Positions 1 through 11,314 are shown, numbered from the stretch's first letter. The stretch is DNA of 15,823 bases from Octopus sinensis (GCF_006345805.1 NW_021825314.1:1-15823), one strand, 5' to 3'. Program-made: numbers and translations. Notes: generated by a model not told the origin, from the sequence alone.

Positions 1-227
1 TACTACCACAAGGGGCTAAGCACAGAGAGGACAAACAAGGACAGACAAAGGGATTAAGTCGATTACATAGACCCCCAATGCGTAACTGGTACTTAGTTTG
101 TCGACCCCGAAAGGATGAAAGGCAAAGTCGACCTCGGCGGAATTTGAACTCAGAACGTAACGGCAGACGAAATACGGCTACGCATTTCGCCCGGCGTGCT
201 AACAATTCTGCCAGCTCACTCGCCGCC
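1..227 (-). mobile_element. tRNA-derived SINE, family A (near full length, tail clipped by window edge)
   Basis: Minus strand begins GGCGGCGAG...CTGGCAGAA and has B-box-like GAGTTCAAATTCC and central GCCTTTCATCCTTTCGGGGTCGA. Aligns along its length with 2531-2758 and 6482-6718. Confidence 0.85.
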
Positions 228-234
228 TTTCACC

Positions 235-252
235 CATACACACCATACACAC

Positions 253-290
<38 letters not shown>

Positions 291-600
291 TACAGATGCG
301 AGTACAAATATATGTTTATGCTGGGGTGAGAGTGTCTTTGTGTGTGTGTGTGTGTGTGCGCGCGCGCGTGCGTATAAACCTACAGAGACACACGTACACG
401 TACATATATACGCGTATATGTATTTATGCATACGATTTATCATCTTGGAGTGGTGTACGAGCGGAGGGAAAGAAAAGGGCAAGAAAGATGTAGAGAAAGA
501 AGACAGACACAGCATATATAGATAAGGAGAGAGACAGAGACAGAGAGAGAGACAGAGAGAGACAGACAGACAGACAGAGACACAGGCTGACAGACTCGCG
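235..600. repeat. Compound dinucleotide microsatellites (CA)n, (TG)n, (CG)n, (GA)/(GACA)n
   Basis: Directly visible simple repeats. Confidence 0.85.
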
Positions 601-762
601 GATAGATTTGTGTTGGGGGTCAAATAGACGGTGTTTGTAGATTTGATGGGCGTAAAGATGGCAGTTGGTGTGTTTAGGGAAGTAGTTCGCTCCTTGAAAT
701 GAGCGGGACCAAACAGGAAGTGGTTGATGGGTTAGGTTTATTCGGTGCAAGTTATGCGATTG

Positions 763-937
763 GGTGTGTGTGTGCGTGCGTGAGTGTGTGTTCGTGTGTA
801 CGTGTGTGAGTGTGTGCATACATACACACACACACATATACACACACACATATATATGCATGTATATATATGTATATGCATGTCTGTGTGTGTATGTTTG
901 TTTGTATTTGTGTATATGTATGTAGATAGGTAGGTAG

Positions 938-969
<32 letters not shown>

Positions 970-1150
970 TATATACATATATACATGACCCCCCACACAC
1001 ACACATATATACATATATACATGACCCCCCCTACACACATATATACATATATACATGACCCCACGCACACATATAGGCACGCACGCACACATACACACAT
1101 ACATATACTTTTATATATATATATATATATATATATACATACATAAACAT
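763..1150. repeat. (TG)/(CA)/(TA) microsatellite block containing a ~35-bp minisatellite x3
   Basis: Unit CACACATATATACATATATACATGACCCC recurs, with CATGACC at 984, 1020 and 1054. (TA)n at ~1111-1137. Confidence 0.85.
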
Positions 1151-1154
1151 ATGT

Positions 1155-1294
1155 ACCAAATTCAATGGCAATGCAAGCCCCGGGCTACAATAGAAGACTC
1201 TTGCCCCTCCCTAGAAAGGATGCGCATAGTGGATCTGAACCCAAAACCACATAATTACAAAGCGAGCCTCGTAACTACACAGCAATGCCTACTC
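1155..1294 (-). mobile_element. Decayed 5' part of tRNA-derived SINE family D
   Basis: Reverse complement matches the head of the 3831-4200 element (GGGTTCAG..CCACT, GGGCAAG.GTCTTCTA, ATTTGGT). Confidence 0.6.
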
Positions 1295-1412
1295 CCTAGG
1301 AAACGATACACTGCCCCCCGATGTAGGAGATACTTAACCGCGACATTCAGAAAACTTCTGAGAGTAACGCATACACAAGACCGATGCTCTACCGACTGGG
1401 ACTTTTTCTCTC

Positions 1413-1510
1413 AGTATGTGTGTGTGTGTGCGTGCGTGCGAGAGAGAGCGAGAGAGAAAAGAGAGAGAGAGAAAGGGGAAATTGTAACAGACAGACAGAC
1501 AGAGAAAGAC
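1413..1510. repeat. (TG)n/(AG)n/(ACAG)n microsatellite
   Basis: Visible simple repeats. Confidence 0.8.
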
Positions 1511-2157
1511 GCATTCTGTTGCTTGATGGGCTGCTGAGGCATTCACAGTGAAGACGGCATGGCAAGGATTCGAGGCGAGATTTAGCGTTTCAGTGTGCAG
1601 CTGGTGCAAATAACTTCACTGAAATTCAGGGGTTCAAAGGAAAAACGGATTATATAAGAATACTTTCGTTCGCTCTCTTAATCTAATTCCCGGATACCAA
1701 AGGATTTTGCATCTAAGATAGATGAGTTAATGCAAAGGGGTTGAATAACGTGTGTAGATAACGATACAGCCTCTGTTCGTAATGTTATTGATTCAGAAAT
1801 TGAGCAGATGGTTATGTATTCTGAGGATGAAGATAAAGAAGCTGGGAAGAAAGCAGCGAGAAAGAAGAAATAGGATATTTATTGAGTGTTTAATTAATTT
1901 AGTTGAATTATAACTGTATACAAAAGAAAATAATTAAAGTTTCTATGTTGTAGGATAAACTAATCATAGAAAAGGGATAAGATATATGAAACGGCTTGGC
2001 TTGAAAGATAGGGTGGGTGGTGTAAAATAAACAGACTTCCAAGTGAATTGGGAAGACGGAAAATGTGTGGAAGCCCTTCGAGTGCGTGTGTGTGTCTGTG
2101 TGTGCATGCTTATGCATATGTATACGTAAGCATGTAATTCGGTTAAATGAGCATCCT

Positions 2158-2254
2158 AACAACAACAACAGCAACAATAATAATAATAATAATAATATAA
2201 TAATAATAATAATAATAATAATATAATAATAATAGTAATAATAATAATAATAAT
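2158..2254. repeat. (AAC)n-(AAT)n microsatellite; probable (TTA)n tail of the adjacent SINE
   Basis: Abuts the 3' end of the minus-strand SINE at 2255. Confidence 0.85.
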
Positions 2255-2460
2255 CCTTTCTATTAACGGCACAAAGCCTGGAATTTTGGGTGAGGTATTA
2301 TAAGTCGATTACAGTGTTCAACTGGTACTTTATTTTATCGAATCCGAAAGGACGAAAGGCAAAGTCCACCTCGTTGGTATTTGAACTCGGAACGTAAAGA
2401 CGGACGAAATGCCGCTGAGCATTTTGTCTGCCGTGTTAACAAATCTGCCAGCTCACCGCT
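2255..2460 (-). mobile_element. SINE family A, diverged copy with an alternative 3' tail
   Basis: ~2301-2460 matches the family A head and body. 2255-2300 (cctttctattaacggcacaaagcctggaattttggg...) is unrelated to the tail of the other copies. Confidence 0.75.
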
Positions 2461-2461
2461 G

Positions 2462-2530
2462 TAATAATAATAATAATGATAATAAAAATAATAATGATAA
2501 TAATAATAATTATTATTATTATTATTATAT
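2462..2530. repeat. (AAT)n followed by (TTA)n
   Basis: Visible. The (TTA)n part is the minus-strand (AAT)n tail of the SINE at 2531. Confidence 0.85.
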
Positions 2531-2758
2531 TTCTTTATTGCCCACAAGGGGCTAAACACAGAGGGGACAAACAAGGACAGACAAACGGATTAAGTCGATT
2601 ACATCGACCACAGTGTGTGACTGGTACTTAATTTATCGACCCCAAAAGGATGAAAGGCAAAGTCGACCTCGGCGGAATCTGAACTCAGAACGTAACGGAA
2701 GATGAAATATCGCTTAGCATTTCGCCCGACATGCTAACGTTTCTGCTAGCTCGCCGCC
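2531..2758 (-). mobile_element. SINE family A, full length
   Basis: Head GGCGGCGAGCTAGCAGAA, B-box-like GAGTTCAGATTCC, internal hairpin GTCGAT-TAC-ATCGAC (2594-2608), tail ...AGCCCCTTGTGGGCAATAAAGAA followed by (AAT)n. Confidence 0.9.
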
Positions 2759-2872
2759 ATATTTTTTTTGCATCATTGTGAGATATGTGTTCGTGTGTGT
2801 GTGTATTTGTCTACGTGTGTGTGTGTGTTTGTCTACGTGTGTGTGTTTGTCTATGTCTGTGTATGTGTGTAT

Positions 2873-2991
2873 GTGAAGGTGAATGGTTCTGTGGTTACAG
2901 CATTGGGTTCACAATACTGAGGAAGTGGGTTCGATTCCCGGACCGGGCTGTGTGTTGTGTTCTTGGGCAAGACACTTTAATCCATGTTGCT
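2873..2991 (+). mobile_element. 5' fragment of tRNA-derived SINE family B (CORE-like body)
   Basis: A-box-like TGGTTCTGTGG, B-box GGTTCGATTCCC, then GTGTTCTTGGGCAAGACACTT. Homologous to the head of 14632-14978 (minus). Confidence 0.7.
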
Positions 2992-3460
2992 GGTGGTGGT
3001 GGCGGTGGCGGTGGTGGTGGTGGTGGTGGTATCCATTATGGTGGTGGCAGCGGCGGTGCTGGTGCTGGTGGTTGTGATGATGGTGGTGATGATGGTGGTC
3101 GTGGTGGTAGTGTTGCTTGTGATGGTGATAACAGTGGTGGTGGTGGTGGTGGTGGTGGTGGTGTTTGGAGTAGTGAAGATGATACCAACAATGTTATGGT
3201 GTTCGGGATTGTATTTGTGGTTTGCATAGTGACGGCGTTGGTATTAGTAGTGATGGTTGTGTTTGTGGTGATGGTAGTGGTGGTGGTCGCGGTGGCAACT
3301 GGCAAGGAACGGGGCGTGGCAAGATGTACAATATCTAAAATAACAACTAACGTTACCACCACAATCAGCACCGCCGCCGCCGCCACCACCACCACCACAA
3401 CCACCACCACCACCACAAACACCACCACCACCACAATCACCACCATTAAAACCACCAAAA
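2992..3460. repeat. Degenerate (GGT)n block followed by (ACC)n block
   Basis: GGT-rich ~2992-3300; ACC-rich ~3355-3457. Confidence 0.8.
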
Positions 3461-3519
3461 TGTCTTGGCATATAAACCTGATGACCTTAAACACACTACA
3501 ACCAGATGGATTTCATTAA

Positions 3520-3830
3520 ACTATATTTAGACAGACATATATACATATATACATAATATATACTACATACATTAATATATAGATATAGATATAGCTATAG
3601 ATATAGATATGTAATTATATATATATATATGTATGTATATCTCTCTCTATTTATATATATATGTATGTATGTGTATATATATGTGTGTATGTATGTATGT
3701 ATATACATACATATAGGTCTATGTGAGCATGTAGTGTTGTGTGCTATGTGTGTATATCTAAATAGATGCTTTATAAATGCATAATTATATAAAAACTGAC
3801 ATTTCGGAAATATAATATTATATATATATA
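3520..3830. repeat. (TA)/(TATG) low-complexity block
   Basis: Visible simple repeats. Confidence 0.75.
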
Positions 3831-4200
3831 GGCGCAGGAGTGGTTGCGTGGTAAGTAGCTTGCTTACCAACCACATAGTTCCGGGTTCAGTCCCACTGCG
3901 TGGCACCTTGGGCAAGTGTCTTCTACTATAGACTCGGGCCGACCAAAGACTTGTGAGTGGATTTGGTAGACGGAAACTGAAAGAAGCCCGTCGTATATAT
4001 GTATATGTGTGTGTCAGTGTTTGTCCTCCCCAACATCGTTTGACAACCAATGCTGGTGTGTTTACGTCTCCGTTAGCTAGCGGTTCGGCAAAGAGACCAA
4101 TAGAATAAGTACTAGGCTTACAAAGAATAAGTCCTGGGATCGATTTACTCAACTAATGGCGGTGCTCCAAATGACTAAAAATTTAAAGTATAAAAGTATA
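3831..4200 (+). mobile_element. tRNA-derived SINE family D (CORE-like), near full length
   Basis: Head GGCGCAGGAGTGGTTGCGTGGTAAG, B-box-like GGTTCAGTCCC, CORE-like CCTTGGGCAAGTGTCTT, internal (TA)/(TG) repeat, A-rich end. Confidence 0.75.
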
Positions 4201-4754
4201 CATACATGCACACACACACGCATATACACATATGTGTGTGTATATATATATTTCTAAGTCTCTCTAAAGGCGACTACAGCAGCGGTACTAGATATTAATA
4301 GTAATCGCCAAGCTAACATGGCAGTGCACAAAAATAGGACGAATGCTACCGTTGGTTAGCTCCAAGAGGCCATCGCCTTCGAACAGGGTAGGTCAGCCGC
4401 TTCCCCTTGTTGCTCTGGTACCATGTATATATATTACAAATAATCTTTTCTCTCAGGAACTATTAGACCTGACACCGTCTATTAACCGGTGTTGTTTAAA
4501 CGATGAATAGCTTTGCGTAAACCATGATCCGTTTTGTTCTCTTACTTTATTATCATCTTATAATCATCTCATAATAATGACCTTTATGACTCGTATTACT
4601 ACCTCAGTCAATCTAAATGTATATATTTGTCTTTACCTGTCTTAAATAGCCTTTTTTTATTTGCAATGTGCATTTTCGTTGATTTTTCAATATTTTAAAC
4701 CCTTACATTCCACGCGTATTTTTATATTTTCTTTTTCGTAACATAATTTCTACT

Positions 4755-4766
4755 ATACACACAACA

Positions 4767-4855
<89 letters not shown>

Positions 4856-5075
4856 TGCATCGGCATGGCCGCGGCTCTGAGCTGAAACTATAAACTAATA
4901 TATATATATAATATATAATAGCTGAAACTATATATATATATATATATATATACTTATATATATATATATAATATATATACATATATATATAATATATATA
5001 ATATATATATATATTATATATACTTATATATCTATATATATATATTATATATCTATATAATATATATATATAGTG
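4755..5075. repeat. (CA)n and long degenerate (TA)n, with a short SINE-tail-like fragment at ~4853-4890
   Basis: Visible repeats. GGTGCATCGGCATGGCCGCGGCTCTGAGCTGAAAC loosely resembles the 3' part of family D. Confidence 0.7.
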
Positions 5076-5584
5076 AATCGAAACAAAGAAGAACAACAGG
5101 AGGAAAAAAACAATAATGCAAGGACACGGTACACGATGCACGTGTGTGTATATAATTAAATATAAATAGGCATTTGAAATATATATATATATATACATAC
5201 ATCTGCAAATGCTTATGGAAATATATTCAAGCATCTATGCGTGCCCCTACATGTGTGCGTGTGTGTCTGTCGATATACGTAGTACGTATGTATATATGTA
5301 TGAATGCATGTATGTATTTCTGTTTATATTTATGTACCAGAAACGAAGCATAACGGGACGTTAATTTACTATAATCATTTAATTAGTCTGCCAGCATGGT
5401 TACCAAATTCTAGTAATTGTACTAATTAGAATATCGCATTTCCACCACAAGCAAACACAAGTAGCGACACCAGTGGCCACGTTTGTAAACACTCTGCAAT
5501 GGCGTATCAGTTAACGTTCTAGACGTCTGTGAATTAACCTCCCTGACGGATTGTTTTTATACTTTAAGCATGCATATCAATGTG

Positions 5585-5720
5585 TATAATAATATATATA
5601 ATATATATATACAGAGAGAGAGAGAGAGAGAGACAAACAGATATATATTATATATATATATATATATATCTCTATAATCTATGTGGTGGGTGTGTGTGTG
5701 TGTGTGTGTGTGTATGTATG
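5585..5720. repeat. (TA)n, (AG)n, (TG)n microsatellites
   Basis: Visible simple repeats. Confidence 0.8.
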
Positions 5721-5776
5721 CCTTCGCGTGTGTCTGCATCTGCTTGCACGTGTGCATAAGAACGTGCAACTACATC

Positions 5777-6718
5777 ACAGACAAACGGATTAAGTCGATT
5801 ATATCGACCTCAGTGCGTAACTGGTACTTATTTAATCCACCCCGAAAGGATGAAAGGTAAAGTCGACCTCGGCGGAATTTGAACTCAGAACGTAGCGGCA
5901 GACGAAATTCCTACTTCTTTACTGCCCACAGGGGGTTACACACAGAGGGGACAAACAAGGACAGACAAACGGATTAAGTCGATTATATCGACCTCAGTGC
6001 GTAACTGGTACTTATTTAATCCATCCTGAAAGGATGAAAGACAAAGTCGACCTCGGCGGAATTTGAACTCAGAACGTAGCGGCAGACGAAATTCCTACTT
6101 CTTTACTGCCCACAGGGGGTTACACACAGAGGGGACAAACAAGGACAGACAAACGGATTAAGTCGATTATATCGACCTCAGTGCGTAACTGGTACTTATT
6201 TAATCCACCCTGAAAGGATGAAAGACAAAGTCGACCTCGGCGGAATTTGAACTCAGAACGTACGGCAGATGAAATAAAACCTATTTCTTTACTACCTAAC
6301 CCGCCAGACACAGAGGGCTAAACATAGAGAGGACAAAACAAACAGACAGATTAATCGATTATATCGACCCCAGTTCGTAACTGCTACGTAATTTATCGAC
6401 CCCCCGAAAAGATGAAAGGCAAAGTCGACCTCGGCGGAATTGAACTCACAACGTAACGGCAGATGAAATACCTATTTCTATTTCTTTACAAACCAAAGGG
6501 GATAACACAAAGATAGTACAGACAAGGACAGACAAAGGGATTAAGTCGATTACATCGACCCCAGTGCGTAACTGATACTTAATTTTATCGACCCCGAAAG
6601 GATGAAAGGCAAAGTCGAACCTCGCGAAATTTGAACTCAGAACGTGCGGCATAACGAAATATCCGCAAAGCATAAGCATTCGCGCCCGGCGTGCTAACGT
6701 TTCTGCCAGCTCGCAGCC
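5777..6718 (-). mobile_element. Head-to-tail tandem array of SINE family A: one full copy (6482-6718) plus four 5'-truncated units (6285-6481, 6099-6284, 5915-6098, 5777-5914)
   Basis: ACAGACAAACGG recurs at 5777, 5961 and 6145 (period 184). Each junction joins a tail ...AAAGAA(A/G)TAG to the same internal ATTTC(G/A)TCTGCCG site. Confidence 0.9.
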
Positions 6719-7145
6719 TTAACATCGCAACGTAACAAATGCACAGGGCCGTTAAATCGGCAGACATATTTCTTCCTAAATTCGCTGCGCTTGTTACTCT
6801 AATTAATGGGAGAAAAAAAAGCTACTGATTTATTTCGTAGTAACTGAAATAATTAAAATCCTCAGTTAGTGTATAATTGATATTATTTTTCCATCGATGC
6901 AGATGCATTTCTAGTTAACTTTTTTTAACGCTTCGTGTATCAAGCTTTAAGAAAGAAAATGTTATAAGAATAATTTCGATAGTGAGAATCTAGTTTAATG
7001 CGTAATATTCATATCTCATGTTGTTGATTTAAAGTATAAAGTGTTTTGAGACAATTCGGCAACTCTGTAGCCATGATGTAAATAAGGAAATAGAAGACAA
7101 TAGATTGTTACATCTGTATGTGTGCGTGACTGTGCGTGTGTATGG

Positions 7146-7213
<68 letters not shown>

Positions 7214-7214
7214 C

Positions 7215-7256
<42 letters not shown>

Positions 7257-7281
7257 CAGTAAGACAGACAGACAGATATAG

Positions 7282-7333
<52 letters not shown>

Positions 7334-7464
7334 TTTAGATAGATCATAGATAGATAGATAGATAATAGTAAGACAGACAGACATATATGATAGATATGGT
7401 TGGATAGATAGATAGATAGATAGATAGATAGTAGATATAGATAGATAATATAATAGATAGATAG
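7146..7464. repeat. (GATA)n microsatellite, left flank and possible 3' tail of the LINE
   Basis: Long GATA array with variant units (GACAGTAAGACAGACAG; ATATGGTTGG). Confidence 0.95.
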
Positions 7465-7471
7465 GTTCTTC

Positions 7472-7492
7472 TTTATTAGCCCACACAGGGCT
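7472..7492 (-). promoter_or_regulatory. LINE 3'-terminal hairpin (AGCCC-TGTGT-GGGCT) plus AATAAA
   Basis: Perfect 5-bp stem at 7478-7492, immediately followed on the minus strand by AATAAA (7477-7472). Its function is inferred. Confidence 0.65.
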
Positions 7493-7865
7493 GCACACAG
7501 ATAGAACAAATTACAAGGTAGAGCTTTCTTTTGAAAGGTTTAAAAAAAAAAAAAAGGAAGGGGAGTTTCGATCAAAAGGGATCGTAAAAGGAGAGAAAAG
7601 AGGACAAAAAAAAGGGGGGGTTACAAAAAAAAAAAAAAAAAGGGGAGAGGAAAAAAAAATTGATCAATAGGGATCGTTATCACAGAAATGTCAATATGAA
7701 GTGTAAAGGGGAGGACAGGTGAGGTTTACCCACCCGTGAAAGAAAAGCCTACGGAAAGACCACGGTAACCTCGGTCAATGAAGTCACATTTTATATTTCT
7801 TTTTTTTTTTTTTTTTTTTTTTGCAAATAAGCAACTCTCTGTTTTCGATTTCTGGGTTCATAGGA

Positions 7866-10800
7866 CTATCTCAAGGTGGCTTCGTCATTCATACGTGCCA
7901 TTCTTGCTACATTCACCCATCTTTTTTTAAAACATTCGCTAGACAAAACTTGCCTCTCTACTCTCACTTTCCTTTTCAAGTGGTACTTGAAGAAGTTGAT
8001 GAGAGATTGACCACAGAGGAAAGTGTTTGTCTCCAATCCTTCAGACGCGTCCACCAGATACATCTTTCGCCATAGCCACAAGGATGATGAAAATAGCTCT
8101 TCCTTCCCGTTTGAAGAAAGGCGTGACAATATTGACGATAGACTCAGCTGATAACCGACTCGTCCCACACGTGACAGCAGTTGTTCGACATAAGCCCACA
8201 GGTCGGAAATTGTTGGACACTGAACGAGTGCGTGCAGAACGGTTTCGTCGCTCTGACCGCATCTCGGGCAGGTCGGCCCCGTGTTTCTCGAGCCGTGTCT
8301 GTAGAGCTTATCCCGAACGGGTAGCGCTTCTCGGTAGCACTGCCAGGCCAGGGATCTCTGGAAGTTGTCCATGGGCCCTGGCCCGAAAGTCGTCCCGAAC
8401 AGGCGGGTCAGGTACTCCTCGTCGACGTCCAGGTTCGCCCCGAGCTCGTCGTCGTACCTCCCCTCCACTAAACCCCTATAGAATGCTTTGGGTTGTGTTG
8501 AAGTCACTTAAGGTCGACCCAGGACGGCAGAGTTGCTTGAGAGCAACGCGACACTCGCGGTGCCATTCGCCCTTCTTCGGCCTCTTTTTGATCCACGACT
8601 GCAGTTCGGTCATGGAGACGAGCTGCGGGAAAGCGTGCCTCACAAACGGCGACCACACCTGTTCACCGTCGTCTACATAGAGCCAGAGATGTCGCAGTCT
8701 CAGCGCGTATCTGCGCATCATCAACCACGGCATGCCCAGCCCTCCTTTTAACGGGTGTTGACAGCAAATGGATCGCCTGACCATCGGGACGCCTCCTTTC
8801 CACAAGAAGCGAAAGAGGATGCGTTGTAGTTTGGTGATGGTAGGGTCGGGACAAGGTACGACGGTCAGGCGGTAGTAGATGACGGACGCGATGTACGTGT
8901 TCGCCACCTCCGCTCGACCTTTTAGGGACAGTTTCCTCTCGGGCCCATTGCCGGCGAGAGTGACCACCCTACTCGTTATCTCGTTCCAGTTCTTCACTTG
9001 GAGGTCCGGACCGAACCAGACCCCGAGCAACTCAACCGGGCCGTCGGTCCAGCGTCCCACGACGGAGGCGCTGGTGGACGGCATGGGCTTGCTTCTCTCA
9101 GGTGCCTAGTCGCAAGCCCACTGACTTTTCCCGGTTGATTTTCGCTCCTGTCACCGCTTCGTAGTTTTTCAGTGTCTCGCCGACCAGCTCGATGTGCTCG
9201 TGGCTAGACACTATGACGGTGACGTCGTCCGCGTATGCAGACACGCTCGTCCTCGTCCCGCATCCCAATTCTCGCGGGATGCCCCTTAGAGTCGCCAGCT
9301 TCCGCAGTAGTGGCTCAAGAGTCAATACGTATAGAGCGCCGAGAGGGGGCATCCCTGACGGACCGAACGTGCAATGTCGAAAGGTCTCGATAGATGTCCA
9401 TTTACGCGAATTACCCGAACGGATGCCTCTGTACAAGGCAGCTATCCAGCCGCGGAAGACGGGACCGAAACCAGCCGCTCTCAGGACTGGACTGCCTCCA
9501 AGTATCGATGGTCTACCTATCAAATCAAAGGCTTTCGATTGATCCAAGTTGATCAGGGCCCCACCCATGCCAGGTTCGTAACTACCCTGTCTATGATGTA
9601 GCGCATCAGATGGAGGTTGTGTCATGGATGGTCCGGCCTGGCACGGCGCATGTTTGCGCTTGTCGACCAGTTTCTCGATGACAAGCGCCAACCTCTTGGC
9701 TAGCACCTTGGCCAAAATTTTCAAGTCTGCATTAAGCAGAGTGATGGGCCTAAAGTTATCTATTACATTTCCCTTGTTTAGATCTTTCTTCAGCAGTGTT
9801 ACGGCTCCTCGGCTCACAAAACCAGGAATGCTCCCGTTTTGCTGCCAGTTGCAGTACACCGCCGCCAAGAGATCTCCAAACAAGTCTGGCATACAATTGT
9901 AAAGCTCGTAGGGTAGACCATCCAAACCCGGTGATTTGTCCCTCGAGCATTCTGCCATCGCTTCCCGCCCTGCACTTCCGCCGCCGTGATGGCACCTTCG
10001 CAGCACCCTGCCTTTCTTGTCGAGAGTCGTGGTAGGCTATGTAGGTAGGCACTGAGTCCACCCTACGTTCTTGCCCTCCACTCGTTCCGAACAGTCGGGC
10101 AAAATGCTGCTGAAAGGCCTCACACATTTTACTTGGCTCGAGCAATTCGCGCCCCTGTTCATCTACCAGTGACCGAATGGTGGCTTTGTTGCCCTGTTGC
10201 GCCTCTGCCACCCGGGCCTCTCTCGCGGCTCCAACACCTTCGTTCCTTAGAGCACGCATCCTAGCTCTGACAGCACATCCTTCGTGTTTGGCGTTGAAGT
10301 GTTGTCGGGGCCAACCTCGCCGCCAAAACGTCGGTCGGATGCGATGCCGCTTCTAATTGCCTCTTCTAGCTTCTTAACTAGCTCACCCTTCTCTCTCTAT
10401 TTCTATCTATGGCTAGTGCTTTGCTGTACCTAATCGCTTCTGCTTTTACTGCTCTCTTGAGGGCAAACCACCATTTGTTGTTGATGATGGCTCCCGTCAA
10501 AGCCCTCTTTACTAGTGTGTCTAATCCGGTCTCTGAAAACTTGTCTCGATGGGAAAGACGCGTTTAGTTTCCAGTATCCGGACCCTGCCTAAGTGTCTTA
10601 CCTAAGTCTAGCGTACATGTCACAAGTTTGTGATCCGTGTAGCTGACTATGTGGAATTGTGGACATCCTATGCTATCTCTATCTACTGTCCTACACAGTA
10701 TCCTATCTAGATACGATCTCGACGACCCGATGCGGTTGCTCCATGTCCACGTTGGCGCATTCGGGTGGTCTAGTCGGAACCTGTCAGACAGTTGAAAGCG

Positions 10801-11314
10801 TCTGAGCAGGTCTCTGAGGCATTTGCATCCCCGTCTATTCCTATCTCTACCCACGTAGTCTACATGCGTGTCCAAGGTAGCATTCCAATCCCCCACTAAG
10901 AGTAAAGGACGAGACGTTCTCAAGAAAACTTCCAGACGTTGAAAGAAATCCGCCCGACCTGTTAAGGGCGGTGCGTAAACTGATACGAGTCGAAAAGCGC
11001 ACCCATTGCTGCCGTCGACATCCAGGACGACCAGTCTACCCTCCGGGTCTACGAATATTGTCCTTACATTGAGATCCAGACTCTTGTGTAAAAGTACCGC
11101 CCGCGGTGCCATACCGCCCATTCTCGGCAGACAGGGGGAAAAATAATGTGAACTGACTGTCCGCCAAACATGGTCTTTAGGGCCCGCGGATTGTGGAGTC
11201 TGGTCTCGCTTATGGCTATGATTTCTAACTTATGTGACTTTATGTCATTTAAGAGTATCCTTGTTTCCAAGGGGACCCCAAGCCACGCGCATTTACACAA
11301 CCAATCTTGATCAT
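7866..11314 (-). pseudogene. LINE ORF2: APE endonuclease + reverse transcriptase + C-terminal zinc finger (multiple frameshifts, ~1150 codons)
   Basis: ATG at 11314 gives MIKIGCVNARGL. APE motifs: ISET, VYAP, GDWN, TW, YLDRI, TDH. RT motifs: KSPGLDG, FRPITLLNADLKILAK, LDQSKAFD, SVRQGCPLS (~9341-9367), AYADD, LLGVWF. C-terminal CPRC-x8-H-x4-C. Stop at 7866. Confidence 0.92.

Noticed and set aside
78-1609. Several 65-226 aa ORFs rich in CV/HT/YI
   Set aside because: Translations of dinucleotide microsatellites and SINE sequence; no domain signal.
2785-3519. 244-aa Gly-rich ORF with an apparent transmembrane segment and Thr-rich tail
   Set aside because: It spans a (TG)n repeat, a SINE head and (GGT)/(ACC) repeats, and overlapping frames on both strands are equally open, as expected for stop-free repeats.
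4253-4425. Possible additional interspersed repeat fragment
   Set aside because: Single copy in the window with no diagnostic motif; cannot be supported without a database search.
5777-6718. CRISPR-like or retrozyme-like tandem array
   Set aside because: No unique spacers; the units are SINE bodies. I found no hammerhead core (CTGANGA...GAAA with helices) in the unit on either strand.
6830-6870. CTGAGGA...GAAA on the minus strand resembling a hammerhead core
   Set aside because: No helix II between the motifs; only a short TAACTGA/TCAGTTA inverted repeat.
8027-10035. Plus-strand ORFs overlapping the RT region
   Set aside because: Antisense shadows of the GC-rich ORF2.
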